Below, piece after piece: positions 36,057-49,120 of a stretch of DNA of 64,000 bases; the first letter of the stretch is position 1; each line of letters begins with the position of its first letter. The position numbers and the translations under genes are program-made. Source of the DNA: Entomortierella parvispora E1425 (Eukaryota > Fungi > Mortierellomycota). The notes under the pieces are model-generated. The model did not search any database, was not told the DNA's origin, and was given only the letters and a program-made list of their open reading frames with translations. The DNA lies in assembly GCA_020891255.1 (NCBI GenBank), contig BQFW01000010.1, forward strand, positions 1,550,001 to 1,614,000. Direction: 5' to 3'.

Positions 36057-39000
36057 TTAATGACGTGGATATTGGGCTTGTGCATAGGTCCGTCGAACAT
36101 TCAAGATCTGGCCCTGTTCATCCACTAGGTAATTAAAATAAGGGTGTCGTAACGCCTGCGCGGCTGTAATCCGCTCCGAGGGGTCATACGCGAGCAACCG
36201 CGTTAGTAGGTCCATGAATTCTGCAGCGAAATTCTGTTGATCCTGACTGCTGCCTGCTGGAACCACATAGTTCTAACAGAAACAAGGATGAAATGAGAGG
36301 TTACTCTAACGCTTCAATTGATCCAAACATGGGGGATGGACGAGAGCAGAGAAGCAATAAAAAAAAAGCTTACCCGCAGAGGACGCAAAGCTTTCACAAA
36401 CTTTCGACTATTGCGCTTTGTCTCGTCGTTCGGATAATGAAGTCTTCCGTTCACAAAGAACTTTTGTGCGGTTTTGCTAATGGAGGAGAGGATAAAGGTT
36501 GGATCGGTTAGGGATGATATGAAGAACCTGAAAGACCAAGTGAGCCTGGTTAGTGAAGGCCAAAGGGGAAAACAATAGAAACTCACTTTGAAGCTCGGAT
36601 CAGTTTGTCGGGGATATGTCCAAGTACCGCCTGCATCATGGCCAAATGCTCCAGATTGTCGTGCGTCTGAAATAGCGCCTCGCCTGTCAATAGCTCCACA
36701 AGAATACATCCAATAGACCAGATATCGCATGGGTATGACCATCCAAGTCCTATGTCGTAGACAGGGAAGAACAGAAGAAAAGAAACAGTTTAGTTAGCAA
36801 GAGATAGCCTGGGCATAGGATACCAATCCGATGGAACTGGGGTTTCTCTCTTTACCGAGGATGATTTCAGGGGCCCGATAGTGACGAGTGCTAACAACGG
36901 TGGAATGATGTTCATCCTGAAAAGTAGCGCTTCCAAAATCAATGAGTCGGATGTCCGGGTTCAGCAAAACTTTTTTCGTTTTGTAGGGTCCTTTCACAGT
37001 CGTCTATTTTTTTAGAATAAAAAATAATTATTAGAAACTCTTCCATAAATTTTTATCCGCGGACGAAATAAATGATAGCTCTACCTTGTACGAGACGCTC
37101 TTGAAGGCACCGTTGGCGAGCAAGATGTTTTCAGGTTTGAGATCCGTATGTATCAGTCGAAGACGATGCAAAACTAAGGAAAGGTGAAAAAAGACGTCGA
37201 TTAAGTACCATGGACAGCATCGGAGAGCAAGAGAGATATCAAAACTGGATAGGATACAAGCCGTACATGCCACACTGGTCAAGAGCTGCCGAGCAAACAG
37301 TTGGATATGGTTGGGGGGGAACGGACAAAAAGAATTGTCCTTGAGCCAGTCATAGATCGATTGTCCCAATAGATCAAAAACCATGCAGACATGATTTCGG
37401 AAATCAAAAATGTCATTCAAGTGCAGGCAGTTACTAACACAGAGCAGGTAGAAGGAAGAAAAAAAAGTCAGTTCATGGCATTGGACTCTTGTCATTGTCG
37501 AAATCCCAGTATAAAATGCTGCCCTAGTTCCCCCTGAAAGTCATCTTACTAGCTATTCTTTGGATCGCTCTTTTTGAGTGTGTTCAAAACCCTGGCTTCG
37601 ATCTTGCTCGCATCCCTGTATTTTTGCACGGCCCGAATAACCTTAATGGCACAGTATCGTCCCGTCTCCCGATCATAACACTCTACAACTTTTCCAAATG
37701 TTCCCTGTCCTAGCAGCCGAATGATTTTATCTGTGAATCGTTTTGAAAAAGAAATACATTAGAATCAACAGTTCCAGGGGTCGCCCGTTTTTTTTCCGGT
37801 AAAAATCATTTTTTCTCTCCAAAAATTGTCCAAAGTGAAAAACGCTCTATAAATAATTTGATCCGCTTACATCTTGGGGTGAGGTCCTCATGTGGAGTGA
37901 CGATGTAATGTCCTTCCTTGTCATCCCAAGGGGGTATAATCGGTGCGGACTAAATTGTCAGTTGAAAGAAAATCAGGCCAAAAAATTAGAGAAAATAACC
38001 GTTAGTCTTTTTTTTTTTTTTTTTTTTTTCCATCACATCAAAGACTGATCCCTTTTTAGCTTGTTCAGCCATGTTATCTTACGGCGCGAGAGACAGGTGT
38101 GGGGGCGACATGTACCTGCTGTGGCAGTGGTGGTGGCAATGGCTGCTGTGGTGGCGGCAATTGCTGAGAATGATAATAGGGGACTCCGTTGTGATGGCTC
38201 TCAGACAGGGGCGCTGGCGGAACCCGATACTTGTTGCTAGGGCGCTGCTTGGCATTCCATTCCAAATCCTGGCTCTTCATCTTGCGCTTCAAACTGACCG
38301 AGTCTGAGGTTGGATACCCATCGTATACTGGCGACTCTTCACGATGGGGATACCTCAATCCAGAGGAATAGGGTGCTGGACGAATAATGTCCTGATCACG
38401 TTGTGGTAGTGGATCCAGGGGGTCAGGTACACCATATTTGAGCGGAACGTTGACTGTTCTTCTCTTCTTTGGCAACGGCGAGGATCCCGAGTTTGGACCT
38501 ATGGGGTATCCATTGGTGGGTGTTACATCCCGATAAGGATCTACTACGGTGTGATGGCCAGACGAATAGGGGGCTACAGGATAGCCAAAGTCGCGTGGGT
38601 CGTGCTGATAGACTGGCTCCTGTGGAGGCTGTTCAGGATGATGATGATGGTGATGGTGTTGAGGATGATGTGGCAACTCTTGTGTGTACTGCTGACCGTT
38701 GTAGATATACTCTGGGATATTGGATGGCCCATATGGGTGCTGATCTGCTGAATGTTGTCGCTTGGAAGATCGTCTTGCCACCCGGGCAGTCCCGTTTGAT
38801 GGCATGTACAGTGAGGACGACACAGGTGCTGCTGACGAGATGTTTGGGATATGCTGACGGCCACTGCCATTTCCAGTGTGAGTGCCATTGTCTTGATAAA
38901 GGTGACTCTCTGGGCTATAGAGTCGGTCGTGCTGGGAGAGATTGTTGTTGTTGTTTTCACCGTGACCTGGGTGGTGCAATGGGTCCGAAGAGCGAGGCGG

Positions 39001-39342
39001 GGGAGCTATGATCCCGTGCGACCTGGGAGAGGATCCGTGATAATCATAGTCCTGTTGCTGCTTCTGATGGTGATGCTGTTGGCGATGGCGGTGGATGGTA
39101 TTGCTACTGTTACTAGAGTGCTGGCTGTAGTGCTGCTGTGTCCGATCATGGCTTGTTGGGTGGTAGTGATGGCTTGGGACCTGGTGCTGGTTATGGTGCG
39201 AGGACGAGACAGAAGAGGAGGCAGAGGAGGACGCATAGGGTGGTGGTGTGTCGTCGTTGATGATGATGACCTCCTGGGGCGGTCCGTTCTTGTAGAACTC
39301 TGCCCAGTCTGCTGGCCGCTTCCCAGAACGAGAGGAGGTCAT
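36057..39342 (-). CDS. LAMMER/CLK dual-specificity protein kinase (Lkh1/Kns1-like), multi-exon
   Basis: 'LGQGTFGKV', '[13 protein letters not shown]', 'LIDFGSA', '[19 protein letters not shown]' and '[11 protein letters not shown]'. N-terminus is '[21 protein letters not shown]'. Confidence 0.95.
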
Positions 39343-40485
39343 TCGTGTTCTGCCCGTTTTCTTTTACGCACAATGAACAGGTTCTGCGATGGAAGAGAGA
39401 GCGGGTTCACTTGTTCTTGTCTGTCTGTCTTCCGTCCGTCCGTCGAAGGTGAAGGTGGCGGTAAAGTCCCTTTGTCGGCGCGCCCAGCACTCCGTTTCTC
39501 TCGGTATTCCTGCCTTTGGGCCTTGTCCTTGAACGGTAGAAAGGAGGGAATGAATGAATGGACTTTTGTTGCCCTAGTGGAAACAGAAAAGGACAAGGGA
39601 AAAAAAAAAAGAAAAAAAAAAGTGAAAGTCGGACAGAAAAAAGTTCGCAGTAGGAGAACGGAGAGAAGAGAGAAAGAAAAGAGATGGATGTCGATGGTCT
39701 GTCTCACGGTGCACTTTTGGTCATGTGCAGTTGTGTTGTTGGATGGCTGTCCGAGAGAAGAGAGAGAGACGAGAGAGAAGAAAGAGAAGAGAATGAGAGA
39801 GAGGGATGTGCAGTTGACAGCGGGCTAAGGGAAGAAGGGGACGATCGTTTGTTGCTTGCTTGCTGCTCTTGGGGAGGGAAGGGAAGGAAGGGGCGGATGC
39901 TTTTTTTTGTATCCAGTTCAATCCAGTCCAATGGGCCGTGTCTGTGTCTGTTCTGTGTCTGTTGTGTTGTGTGTGGTGCACTGGGAGGAGCGAGGCTCTT
40001 TTTTTTTTTTTTTTTTTTTTTCCTCTTCTGTTTGTTCTGTCGACCTTTGGCTGAGGGGTCCTGTGTCGTGTATTGTTTGAGTAAAGAGAGGAAGGAGAGA
40101 AGGAAGGAAGAGAAGGAGGAGGAAGGGGATGCACTTTTTGCGAGATCCTCTTTTTTTTTTGTGTTGATGAATGTCGATGTGCACAGTGTCAGTGTCCTTT
40201 TGGACTTCGAGTAAATTTATCGGATTAAAATTTAAAAATAAAAAAACACGTTCAAAAGATGCAATCCTGAATAAGAGTCATGGCTTCTTTTCTGGCCTTC
40301 CGTACGCCTCCCAGGGACTGCGCACGAGGACATGCGCATTTGCATCCAACCACCGCAATACTCATTAACATCATACCTTCTGCTCATCTCTACGCCCCAT
40401 CATCTCTCAGCCTCACTTCTACCTTTACGTCCCTTTTAGATTACTATTTCTCGTTACCTTACTCTCGCCCTCAATCCATCTCTTG

Positions 40486-41656
40486 ATGTTCACCCGACTC
40501 ACAAGCCCCATTAAACGGGTACCTGCCCCTTCTGGGTCCGTCATCGCCCGCCTTGCAAAACCACAAGCATGGCAAACAACCGCTGCCTCTGCAAGCATGT
40601 CCCGTCGTTTCCAGTCCTCTTCTTCTTCCAGTCATGACAACGATAACGGCAACACCAAAGCCACCACAAAAAAGTCGAGCTCGGACCTGGACCCGATCAC
40701 GAACAAGGAATTGCCTATTAATGCCTCTTTTGAGCTGCATCAGGTCGATCTCGCTCATGGCTCCTTCTTTGCGCTTCATCGCCCTCTGCTCGGGATCACC
40801 AATGGCCCCATGTTCGGCAACAATAACCACGCTCACATGCTAAACGACGAAGACTTTGAAGGCAAGTTTGCAACGTTTTTTCATCTCTTTTATTTTTGTG
40901 TGTGTTTTGTTGAGGCTGTGTGGTGTGCGTCAAAAATGATGCAGTGGCACCATCCGCAATTTCCCTTTCCTTCAATTACCCCTTACTTCTTATCTTTTGA
41001 TCACTTGTTCTGGACGTCCTTTGGTTCTTGGATATGACAATGACAGACGAAAGCCATTGAAGCAAAAAGTGACATGGATGGTTGGCCGAATTCGTCCTGT
41101 ATTTTGAGCCTTTCGGTGGAGGTGGTCAGGTGGAACAACGAACCATGGGGCCGGTTTTATCAACGTTTAAGCTCTTTGTCCTTGGATGAGTCCTAACCTG
41201 ATGATGCACCGGCTTTTTTGTGCCTCGCTTTTTTTATTTTTAGATCCTGTGGACGACTTGACCAACTACTTCTCGACTCTGCACCCATTCTCGCCTCCAA
41301 CCCCTTTGCCTCCATCGACAGCCGCGACCCCTTCAGCAACAGCATGGGCTAGCATGCCTCAGACCGTGCCTGATGTGGAGCAGACCGTCGAAGAGTTCTT
41401 TAAATTGGTTGAGGACAAGACCCGGATCCCATTGGATCGTAGCAAAAACAGTATATCGTCATCCTCAGCGACGGCAACATCTTCAGGGTCACCAGAGTCA
41501 ATAACAGATTCTTCAATTCTGGATCCAGCCTTGGAAGAAGACAATACTCTATATGCTACCAGTGTCTTGCGCAAGAGGAAGATCAAAATGAGAAAGCACA
41601 AGTACCAAAAGCTTCGCAAGCGAACCCGCGCCTTGCGCAAGAAGCTTGGAAAGTAA
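40486..41656 (+). CDS. Mitochondrial ribosomal protein mS38 (Cox24/AURKAIP1-like, DUF1713); join(40486..40861,41244..41656) with a GC-AG intron
   Basis: C-terminal 'ATSVLRKRKIKMRKHKYQKLRKRTR', an Arg/Ser-rich presequence, and 'FFALHRPLL'. The frame is restored by a GCAAGT donor at 40862. Confidence 0.85.
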
Positions 41657-42274
41657 TCCATGCAAGTCTGGACCGGATTGTTTTTTGTCAATCACTCTAT
41701 TGTTTCTCAGCGAGACAGCAATCCTTTCTTTCCTCTTCTTCACCCTCAGCCTCCTACTTTACCTCTGTCCCGCTTTCTTGTATGTAGTATCCTCCCTTTC
41801 CCTAAAATTGTGCAAATAGACAACTCTCCAAATGATAAAAACAGATCAATGACCCTATCCAACACTATTACGTCCCGGGAACTTTCCCGCTGTGATGACT
41901 TTTTTTGCAACCAAAAAAAAGGGTCTCTTGGATATCCACAAAGCGGGTCAGCCGTATGCCCTTCTCGAAGGGGCTCTTTCCTTCCGACTTCCGACAGGTC
42001 CTGCCCTCGGTAGTCTATCCATGTCTAAGACTCTGAAAGGGGATTCCGAATTCCGTAAAAGGTGAAAGGTGGAAGCAGGAAAAAGGGGGCTTGACCCGGA
42101 AAGAAGAGTGTGGCGGTGCAAAAAGGCCCTTTCGGGTCTCATTGTGACTGGGATGTTTCCCACAACGGCGAGACATCCATGTGAGCATGCTCGCTCATTC
42201 CTTCACTCATCTCTCTTTCCTCACCACTCTTCGTTTATCCTCCTCAAAGAACCTAGACTCGAAAATCCACATCT

Positions 42275-43080
42275 ATGAAGGCATTTTCTTTAGCCCTCAC
42301 TTTGGGCTTGACGGCGGCACTCACGACAACAGTACAGGGCGGTCAGATCTTGTCCAGTCTTTTTGACAGCCACCCTCGACGGGACCCTCAGAACCAAGTC
42401 CCGGGACTGGATTGGAACTCTCAAGTCGGGAACCATGCCGCAGGAAGCTCGAACCAAAATCAAAATCAGCTTCAGTTCCAACAACAACAACAAGGACCTC
42501 CTTGTAGAAGCAGGGATCGGGTTTATTTACCAGACATGCAATCGTTCGTGATCCAAACGCCCTTGACGTATCAAGAGGCGGCCCAGGCCTGTGCGGCCTG
42601 TGGGTCAGAATTGGTCCTGATCGATGGCACGTTGGTCGATCGGTTCAGGGAGGCGTTCAGCTCCCTGGGCCTCTATGGCGATCAGCGTCTTTGGATCAAG
42701 AGGTAAGATGCGCGCTCTGCCAAGGCCGAAACTAGTGGAGCGCACATTCGCAATTTTTTTTCGAGTCGCAAACACAAGCGGAAATCAATGGCAGCGTGGG
42801 GATCTGACCTCACATTCTTTCTTTTTCTTGCTGTCACAAAGTTGGTACGGCGAACAAGTTCCCACTATGGGCGCATGTCCTGCGGTCTACGTCAATACCT
42901 TGATGGGCAACCGCCTCGAACGTAATGTGTGCTCTGCATTTTGAAGTCGTTTTGAGGATTACTTTATATTTCTGTTTTCATCCCGTCTAATGGATGCAAT
43001 ATCGCTTTACTTTTGTTTCCATCATCACAATAGCCATCCAGGAGGATTGTCAGACGCGACTTTTTGCCCTCTGTTATTAG
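42275..43080 (+). CDS. Secreted C-type-lectin-like domain protein, 184 aa; join(42275..42702,42842..42921,43034..43080)
   Basis: Signal peptide 'MKAFSLALTLGLTAALTTTVQG'. Spliced domain reads 'FVIQTPLTYQEAAQACAACGSELVLI...LWIKSWYG...CPAVYV...EDCQTRLFALCY*'. Exon lengths sum to 555 nt, in frame. Confidence 0.72.
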
Positions 43081-43420
43081 TGTTACTAAGGAATATCTCA
43101 CTACCTCTTCCCTGTCTCTCCGTCTTGGATCATTCACCCTTTTTTTTGTATTGGTGATCAGTTTATTTTTCAATCTCACTCGTCAGAACCAAAAAAGAAA
43201 TGATATATTTACAAAGAATGAGAAAGGAATGGATGCGAGCGTAAAAGCGAGCGCGTGACTATGATACAGTATAAAAAACGAGACAAGAAGGTGGGGGGGG
43301 GGGGGGATGGGGGAAAAAAGGAGAGAGAATGTGGAGAGAACAAAAAACTAACAGATAAGGTAAAATAAAACTGACGGCAAGAAAAAAGTCCAAAATAAAC
43401 GACAATGTTGTTCTCGTTTG

Positions 43421-46400
43421 TCAAGTCTTGGCCGTATCGTCATCCATGCCGCTAGAGTCTATATGGGATTCTGATGCAGACTGGGCAGGAGACCGAGAAC
43501 GAGACCGAGTCCCCACTGTGTAATCTAGGATATTCGGTCCTGGCGGTAAGGCTGGTCCTGAACCATGAACAACAAGTGCGCCGCTCCCGTTTGCTGATGT
43601 CTCATTTGAGAGGGTCGACTCAATCAAGGCAGCCGGTGACTCTTGTTGTGGGTCCTGTCCTTGCAATTGCTGCTGCTGCTTCTGACGCTTGACCAATTTG
43701 GCATAGTCTAAGGGGGAAAAAAGAGTAAAAGAAATAATGAGGGTTAAACAAAATGACATGTTGTCAACAAAGCTCGCACCCACCCACACGTGAAGCCGAC
43801 AACAAATAAAGGGCCCTAAAAGTAATACATAAAAAAAAAAACTTACGGAGTCCACAGGCGTTGCACAACGTTCGTGCGCCATCGGGTCCACGTCGCCACT
43901 CGGGGGTATCAGTCGTATCGCAAGAAAGACATCGGCCCAGAGGGTGGGTTCTTTTGGCTCGCTTCCTGTACTTTTGATGCATTGCATCCGAGTCACTTTC
44001 CATCCCCGTCTTCAATAGCTTGGTCATTTTGTTGCCCCCACCACGCTTGGATGCCGCGCCACCAAAACGAGTAAACATCGAATCCTCCATGGGCCTCTTA
44101 ACTCCTGGTGGTGGAAAGGCACTGGCGCTACCAAAACCGGGAATATGACTCCTGTTCGCGCCGGGGTGAAGGGGGGTCGATGCATGCTGCTGTGGGTATC
44201 CAGACATCCCTCCATTGAGATCGTGGGTCGGTTGCATAGAAAGCGGTGTCATCTCATCCAAAAATAGGCATCGCTTTCCTCGAATGATGTTGATTTCCTC
44301 ATCCAGCTCCCGTTCTCCTGCGGTCATGTTCACCCATGCCTTTATCCTGACGGCTAGTTGGAAAATTGAAGTAGCAGCTTTGGCCAACTCGTGCACCATC
44401 TCATTCGACGGTGAGCCCTTTCCAAACTGTGGAGTTTCCTCTGGCTCTCGGTCTGTTGCAGCGCCAGAGCCATTGGGTCGGATATGATTGCCGTTGGTCT
44501 CAAATATCCCCAATTCTTCCTCCATTGATTGATCATCGCTCGGAGTCGGCATGCTAGATTCGCCGCTTTCCGTGTGTTGAAGGCCGACGAGCATCGTTCC
44601 AGCGAGGTTGCGGATCCTTTGAAGGGTGGCTCGGTCATTTGGATCCACAGGCGTACCATCCCCCTCCATCCTGCGCGTCAGCTGTCTGGGATCCTGGCTA
44701 GCAAAATGTAGCGCAAACTGACAGAGAATATCACAACTTTCGATCGCAGACTTGAGATCGACAGTTTTGGGCATGTCGGTCCCAAACCTGAACTGCAAAT
44801 CTTCTTTTGTTCGAGCTTTTGTTCTCCAGTCGGATTCACGATCGCTGGTAGCATCAACCTCCATCCTGGAATCATCCATGCTGTATGATCCCCTAGCCTC
44901 ATCTGGCGCCTGCTTCCGATCCCATTGATTCTTTAAAGATGTCCCCTGATTGTCTGCACCAGGTGTAATAGGAGGAGTGGGTTGGCGATCGAATGGGGGA
45001 TATGGGCCAGGAGTGGGGTATGAGATTGCATGGCCTTGTTGCGATCGTAGTTGTGCCGTGTCCTGTTCTCGGTACTGGCGCATCCGTTGTTCATCATGGT
45101 ATTGAACCTGACGATCATCAAGCGATTCAGAGTAGTAATCGCGTCGATCACGTCGATCATGTCGATCGTCTGCAACCCAGTCGGCCCTTGAACTTATACC
45201 TAGTGAAGCCTGTCGCGAAACGTGGCCAGAGTCTCGGCTGGGGGTATCAGGACTACGCGACGGCACTTCCTGGAGTTCTTCCTGGTACACAGACCTTGGA
45301 ACAGATTGTTGTTTGTGAGCGATCTGAGGCTGAGAAAGGGGTGGACCATGCTGTTGTTGACTCTGAACGCGTGGAGGTGGGGAGAGTGGGCGATGAATTG
45401 AATACTGATTAGGGAGATGGCTAGGGGGGTAATCTGAGCGACGGTCATATCGCCGTCCCATCCCATGGTCAGACGACGAACTTGCTTCTGTCTGCACTAT
45501 TCCGCGATCGAACGATCTGCGATCATTGTTATTGTAGAGTTGCTGATTATGAGCCTCAGAGCCCGCCATTGGCACGGGCGGTGACTTTAATCGTTGCTGG
45601 TAATTCTGGTACGGGTGCTGAAGGTCAGGCGTGGAAACAGAGGACGAAGGACGGTGGGCATGGTTCCTATCGGGTGTGTACTGGGCATGGTGATGGTGCG
45701 GCGACTGGTGGTGGGACTGTGGCTGGGGGGAAGGCAGAGGCTGCGACTGGGTGGAGTGATGGCCGCGCTGTTGTGAAGGCTGAAGTTGATAGCTTTGGTT
45801 CTTACCAACAATGCTGTTGCTGCTACTGCTGCTGTGGCCATTGACGTTAATGTCATTGCTGAGGATGTGATCATCGCCAAAGTGGTCTTGTCGAGGCCGC
45901 TGTTGCTCCTGAGTATCATGATCGCTTTCCTGCCATCGATTTGGACTCGCGTCTTCCTGCGACGTTGCCGTGCGAGGATGAAAACTTTGTGGGTACTGAT
46001 CAGTAGAGTAGTTTCCGACGCTTTTGCTCCAGGCAATGGTGCGCTGCTGCTGCCGCTCTAGTGCGTCGTCATGTTGGATTGAAATGGCATCTCTAGTCGG
46101 GAATGGATTATGTTGGTCATAAGAGCCTCGATCAAACACCACTGGACGCGCCAGTGGGTGAGTCGGACGAGTAGCAAAAGTCGAACGGGGCTGGTTGGGC
46201 AGGGCTTGGAATGGAGAATAATGAAGCGGTGTGGATGACTCATCACGCTGTGAGACGGATGATGAGGTTGGACCGCCTCGTGGACTGCCCGGAGAGACCA
46301 GCCATTGCGCATCCTCTAGTCTGTCAAGATCTCTGTGTCTCCGCTCAGTCTGCAATGGTTGCTTTGGGGACCAACGTGAAGGCGTGTGATGTGGTGAAGA

Positions 46401-46712
46401 CGGAGGGGGCGACGCGGGCGTATTGTCGGAGAAGGGTCTGTGCTGTGGCAGGTTCTTTGGAGAATCCAGTCGCGGTGCGGGTGTTGGGGTTGGTGTGGTG
46501 ATGATGCCAGCGGTGGCGAATTGGGAATGGTGCTGGAGAATCATCTGCTGCTGCGGGTGTGAACCAGGACTGGGCGGCTCAGCCGAACATATGGAGGTGG
46601 CAGGTATGTTCTGAAGCAGAGGGTCCTGCATCGGATCCTGAGGCAGCGGTGGCGGATGGTTCGCGACCGCATGGGGGAAGGCGGGAGAGGGGGCGCCGGA
46701 GCTGTGATCCAT
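43421..46712 (-). CDS. GATA zinc-finger transcription factor (C-x2-C-x18-C-x2-C; NsdD/Gat2-like); intron 43708..43846
   Basis: '[28 protein letters not shown]|HYAKLVKR' follows a long Gln/Pro/His-rich region. Confidence 0.92.
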
Positions 46713-47289
46713 GGGGAGTGACTACAGCATGGAGCACGGAGCCGGGGGACCAGCAGAGGAACAAACAGCGACAAGTCAAGGAAGAATGAGACGAAGGAAA
46801 AAAAAAAGATAAAAGAAAAGAGCAGGAAACCAGAGGCAGGTTTTGAAGGGGAGGATAGCAGAAGGAGGATCGGTTTAGTGATAATGACAATGAGATTGGA
46901 GGCAATGAGGTGGAGGCAAAAAGGGGGAGAAGGGCGGGAGGATGGGGAAGGTGAAGAGAGTGAGAAGAAGAAGAGGGAAAAGAGAGAAGAAAGGATGAGA
47001 AACGGTTCTGCTCTGCTCAGCCTTTGTCCAATCGAGTCTAGCGTCCAATGCAAGTCCCCTTCTCTCCTCTCTCTTTCTCGTCGTTTGCACTCTTTGGTGA
47101 AAAAGAGACTCTTGCACTCAGCAGAGCTACCCATCCTGCAGAACAACAGGCGATGGTCACTAGTTCTCTTTTCCATTGATGGCATGGCATGCCATTGTGT
47201 GGCCTGTTGAGGCGGTGCAACCAAGGCGACAAAGAGAAAAGAGAAAAGAAAGAAAAAAGAAAAAAAAAAAGAGGCGAATCACTAGCAGA

Positions 47290-48260
47290 GACCCCGATCA
47301 CTGATTGACAGAGATCTGACGATCGGATCGGGGCCAATCTTTCTCTTGTTCGCGGTTTTTGTTTTTGTTTTTGTTTTTTTTTTGACTGTGGAACAGTAGG
47401 CGAGCCTACTTGCGCTTTCCGCAGACCACTGGACTGCACGACAGGACGCGTGGACGTTCAACGGGCTTTTCACCTGTCACTCTTCACCGTGTTTTGAACT
47501 GGAGGAGGAGAAGAGAAGATGGAGGTTGAACAGAGATAATGGGAGGAAAAGGAGGAAAAGGCAGAACTAGGCGGGTGCAGGCCTCCTTCTTGCTCTCTTC
47601 CGATCGATGCATTCTCGATCAAAGGCAAGGGGCAAGATCTGGCAAGCGCCCAGATCAAGATCGACGGACAAAGTACCACACCGGAACGAACGCGCCCCCT
47701 TTCTCTCTCTCAGCCTAGTTCTCCCTGTTACTTTCTTTCATCCCAAGTGTGGCGCAATCAGAGTTGGTGAGTAGTTCGGATAAAAGTAATCTCCCACACT
47801 CAGGGTCCACGGCTGGACATTCAAGTCAAGTCGCGATAGTGATCGCAGAGTCGCATACAAAAGAGAAAAAAAGAGCTCTATACGAAAGCGGCGACCGTGG
47901 CGGTCGAGATCAATTATTGAGCGGATGTGCATGGACGGGTAAGCTTCATTACTGCTTTTTTTTTAGGAGATGCAACCTTGTTGCCTTTGCGCACGCACTT
48001 TTTTATCGTTCAGACTCCAGCAGTACAGAGCAAGATCTGGCAGATCTGCACTGTGCTGCAGTTTGGTCCCCGCCCGCGAGCTGCATCAAAAAAGACAGCA
48101 AAATTGGACTGGATTGTCGCCTCCCCTCCGCCGTCATTTGTTTGTACAGAATCAAGGTTTTTGCTCTTGCCCAGTCCTCGAGAGCGACTCACTTGCCTTG
48201 CAGAAAAGAAAAAGCGACAATTGATCGATCGATCGTCGCTTTTTTTATTGCGATCGTCGT
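47290..48260. promoter_or_regulatory. GATC/AGATCT-rich region upstream of the GATA-factor gene
   Basis: About 17 GATC sites counted by eye in ~970 bp. They include four AGATCT and an exact 13-bp repeat GCAAGATCTGGCA at 47632 and 48030. Confidence 0.45.
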
Positions 48261-49120
48261 GTTCATTCCGACTCTGAATGGGTTGTTGGTAATAACCACT
48301 CCCTTGGAGTTGAGTCATATCTGTGGACGTCAGCATCTTGCATTGTTGTACGGTACTACGATTTTCCGGTCAACGACGTCAATGTCGTTGTTCTCTTCTT
48401 TTCCCGCTGTTCGTTGTTGCTCTGCTTCTGACCTCTTCCCCCGAAAGGACAATGAAAGTGAGACTTGGCTTCGCGCACGGGCTTCCACTTCTTAAAAAAA
48501 ATGTAGAAAAGAAGAAACAGTGACCCGCTTTGTAAAATAGTCCATAATCGTGTTACTGTTTGACCCCTACTAGGGAGCACAACATCGCCGTCAAGAAAGC
48601 CAAGCTCGATGAACGACAATCGGGTGGGGTGTGATCAAGCTCAAGCGCGCTCCGCCCTTTTTTTACCATGACGACAGTGGAGCCTCCACAACAAGGGACT
48701 GAGATTCCACATTCTGGTTGCCACCGACCAAGTTTGGATCCCCCCCCCCCTCTCTTGTTTTGTATTTGGCTGCGCGTGTCTGTGTGCGTCGGTCTTGTGC
48801 TCTATTCTGTCAACAGTGCATGCAGGCATGCAAGTATGGACGACAAACGAGAAAACAAGGAAAAAATTGCCGGGTGGAGGAGTAGCAAACACCTTTGGTC
48901 CTGCCCCTCTCTTTGTCAGGGTGCTTTGGGACTGACAAGTGGATCCTCGAGGAACAAAGATGAGGAACGACTTTTCTTCAACTTTTTTTTTTTTTTTTGT
49001 GCGCGTTTTCTTCTTGTTTGTATCCCCATCAAACAGCCACTCCTCCACACCAGAAAACACGTTGTGTTTTTGGTTCACCACGAGTTTTCATTTCCTACAC
49101 TACTGGCACCACTTTGAAGC

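Noticed and set aside
47749-48495. 248-aa plus-strand ORF between the GATA gene and the large hypothetical gene
   Set aside because: Cys/Phe-rich non-coding-like composition, no motifs, and it overlaps the GATC-rich regulatory region.
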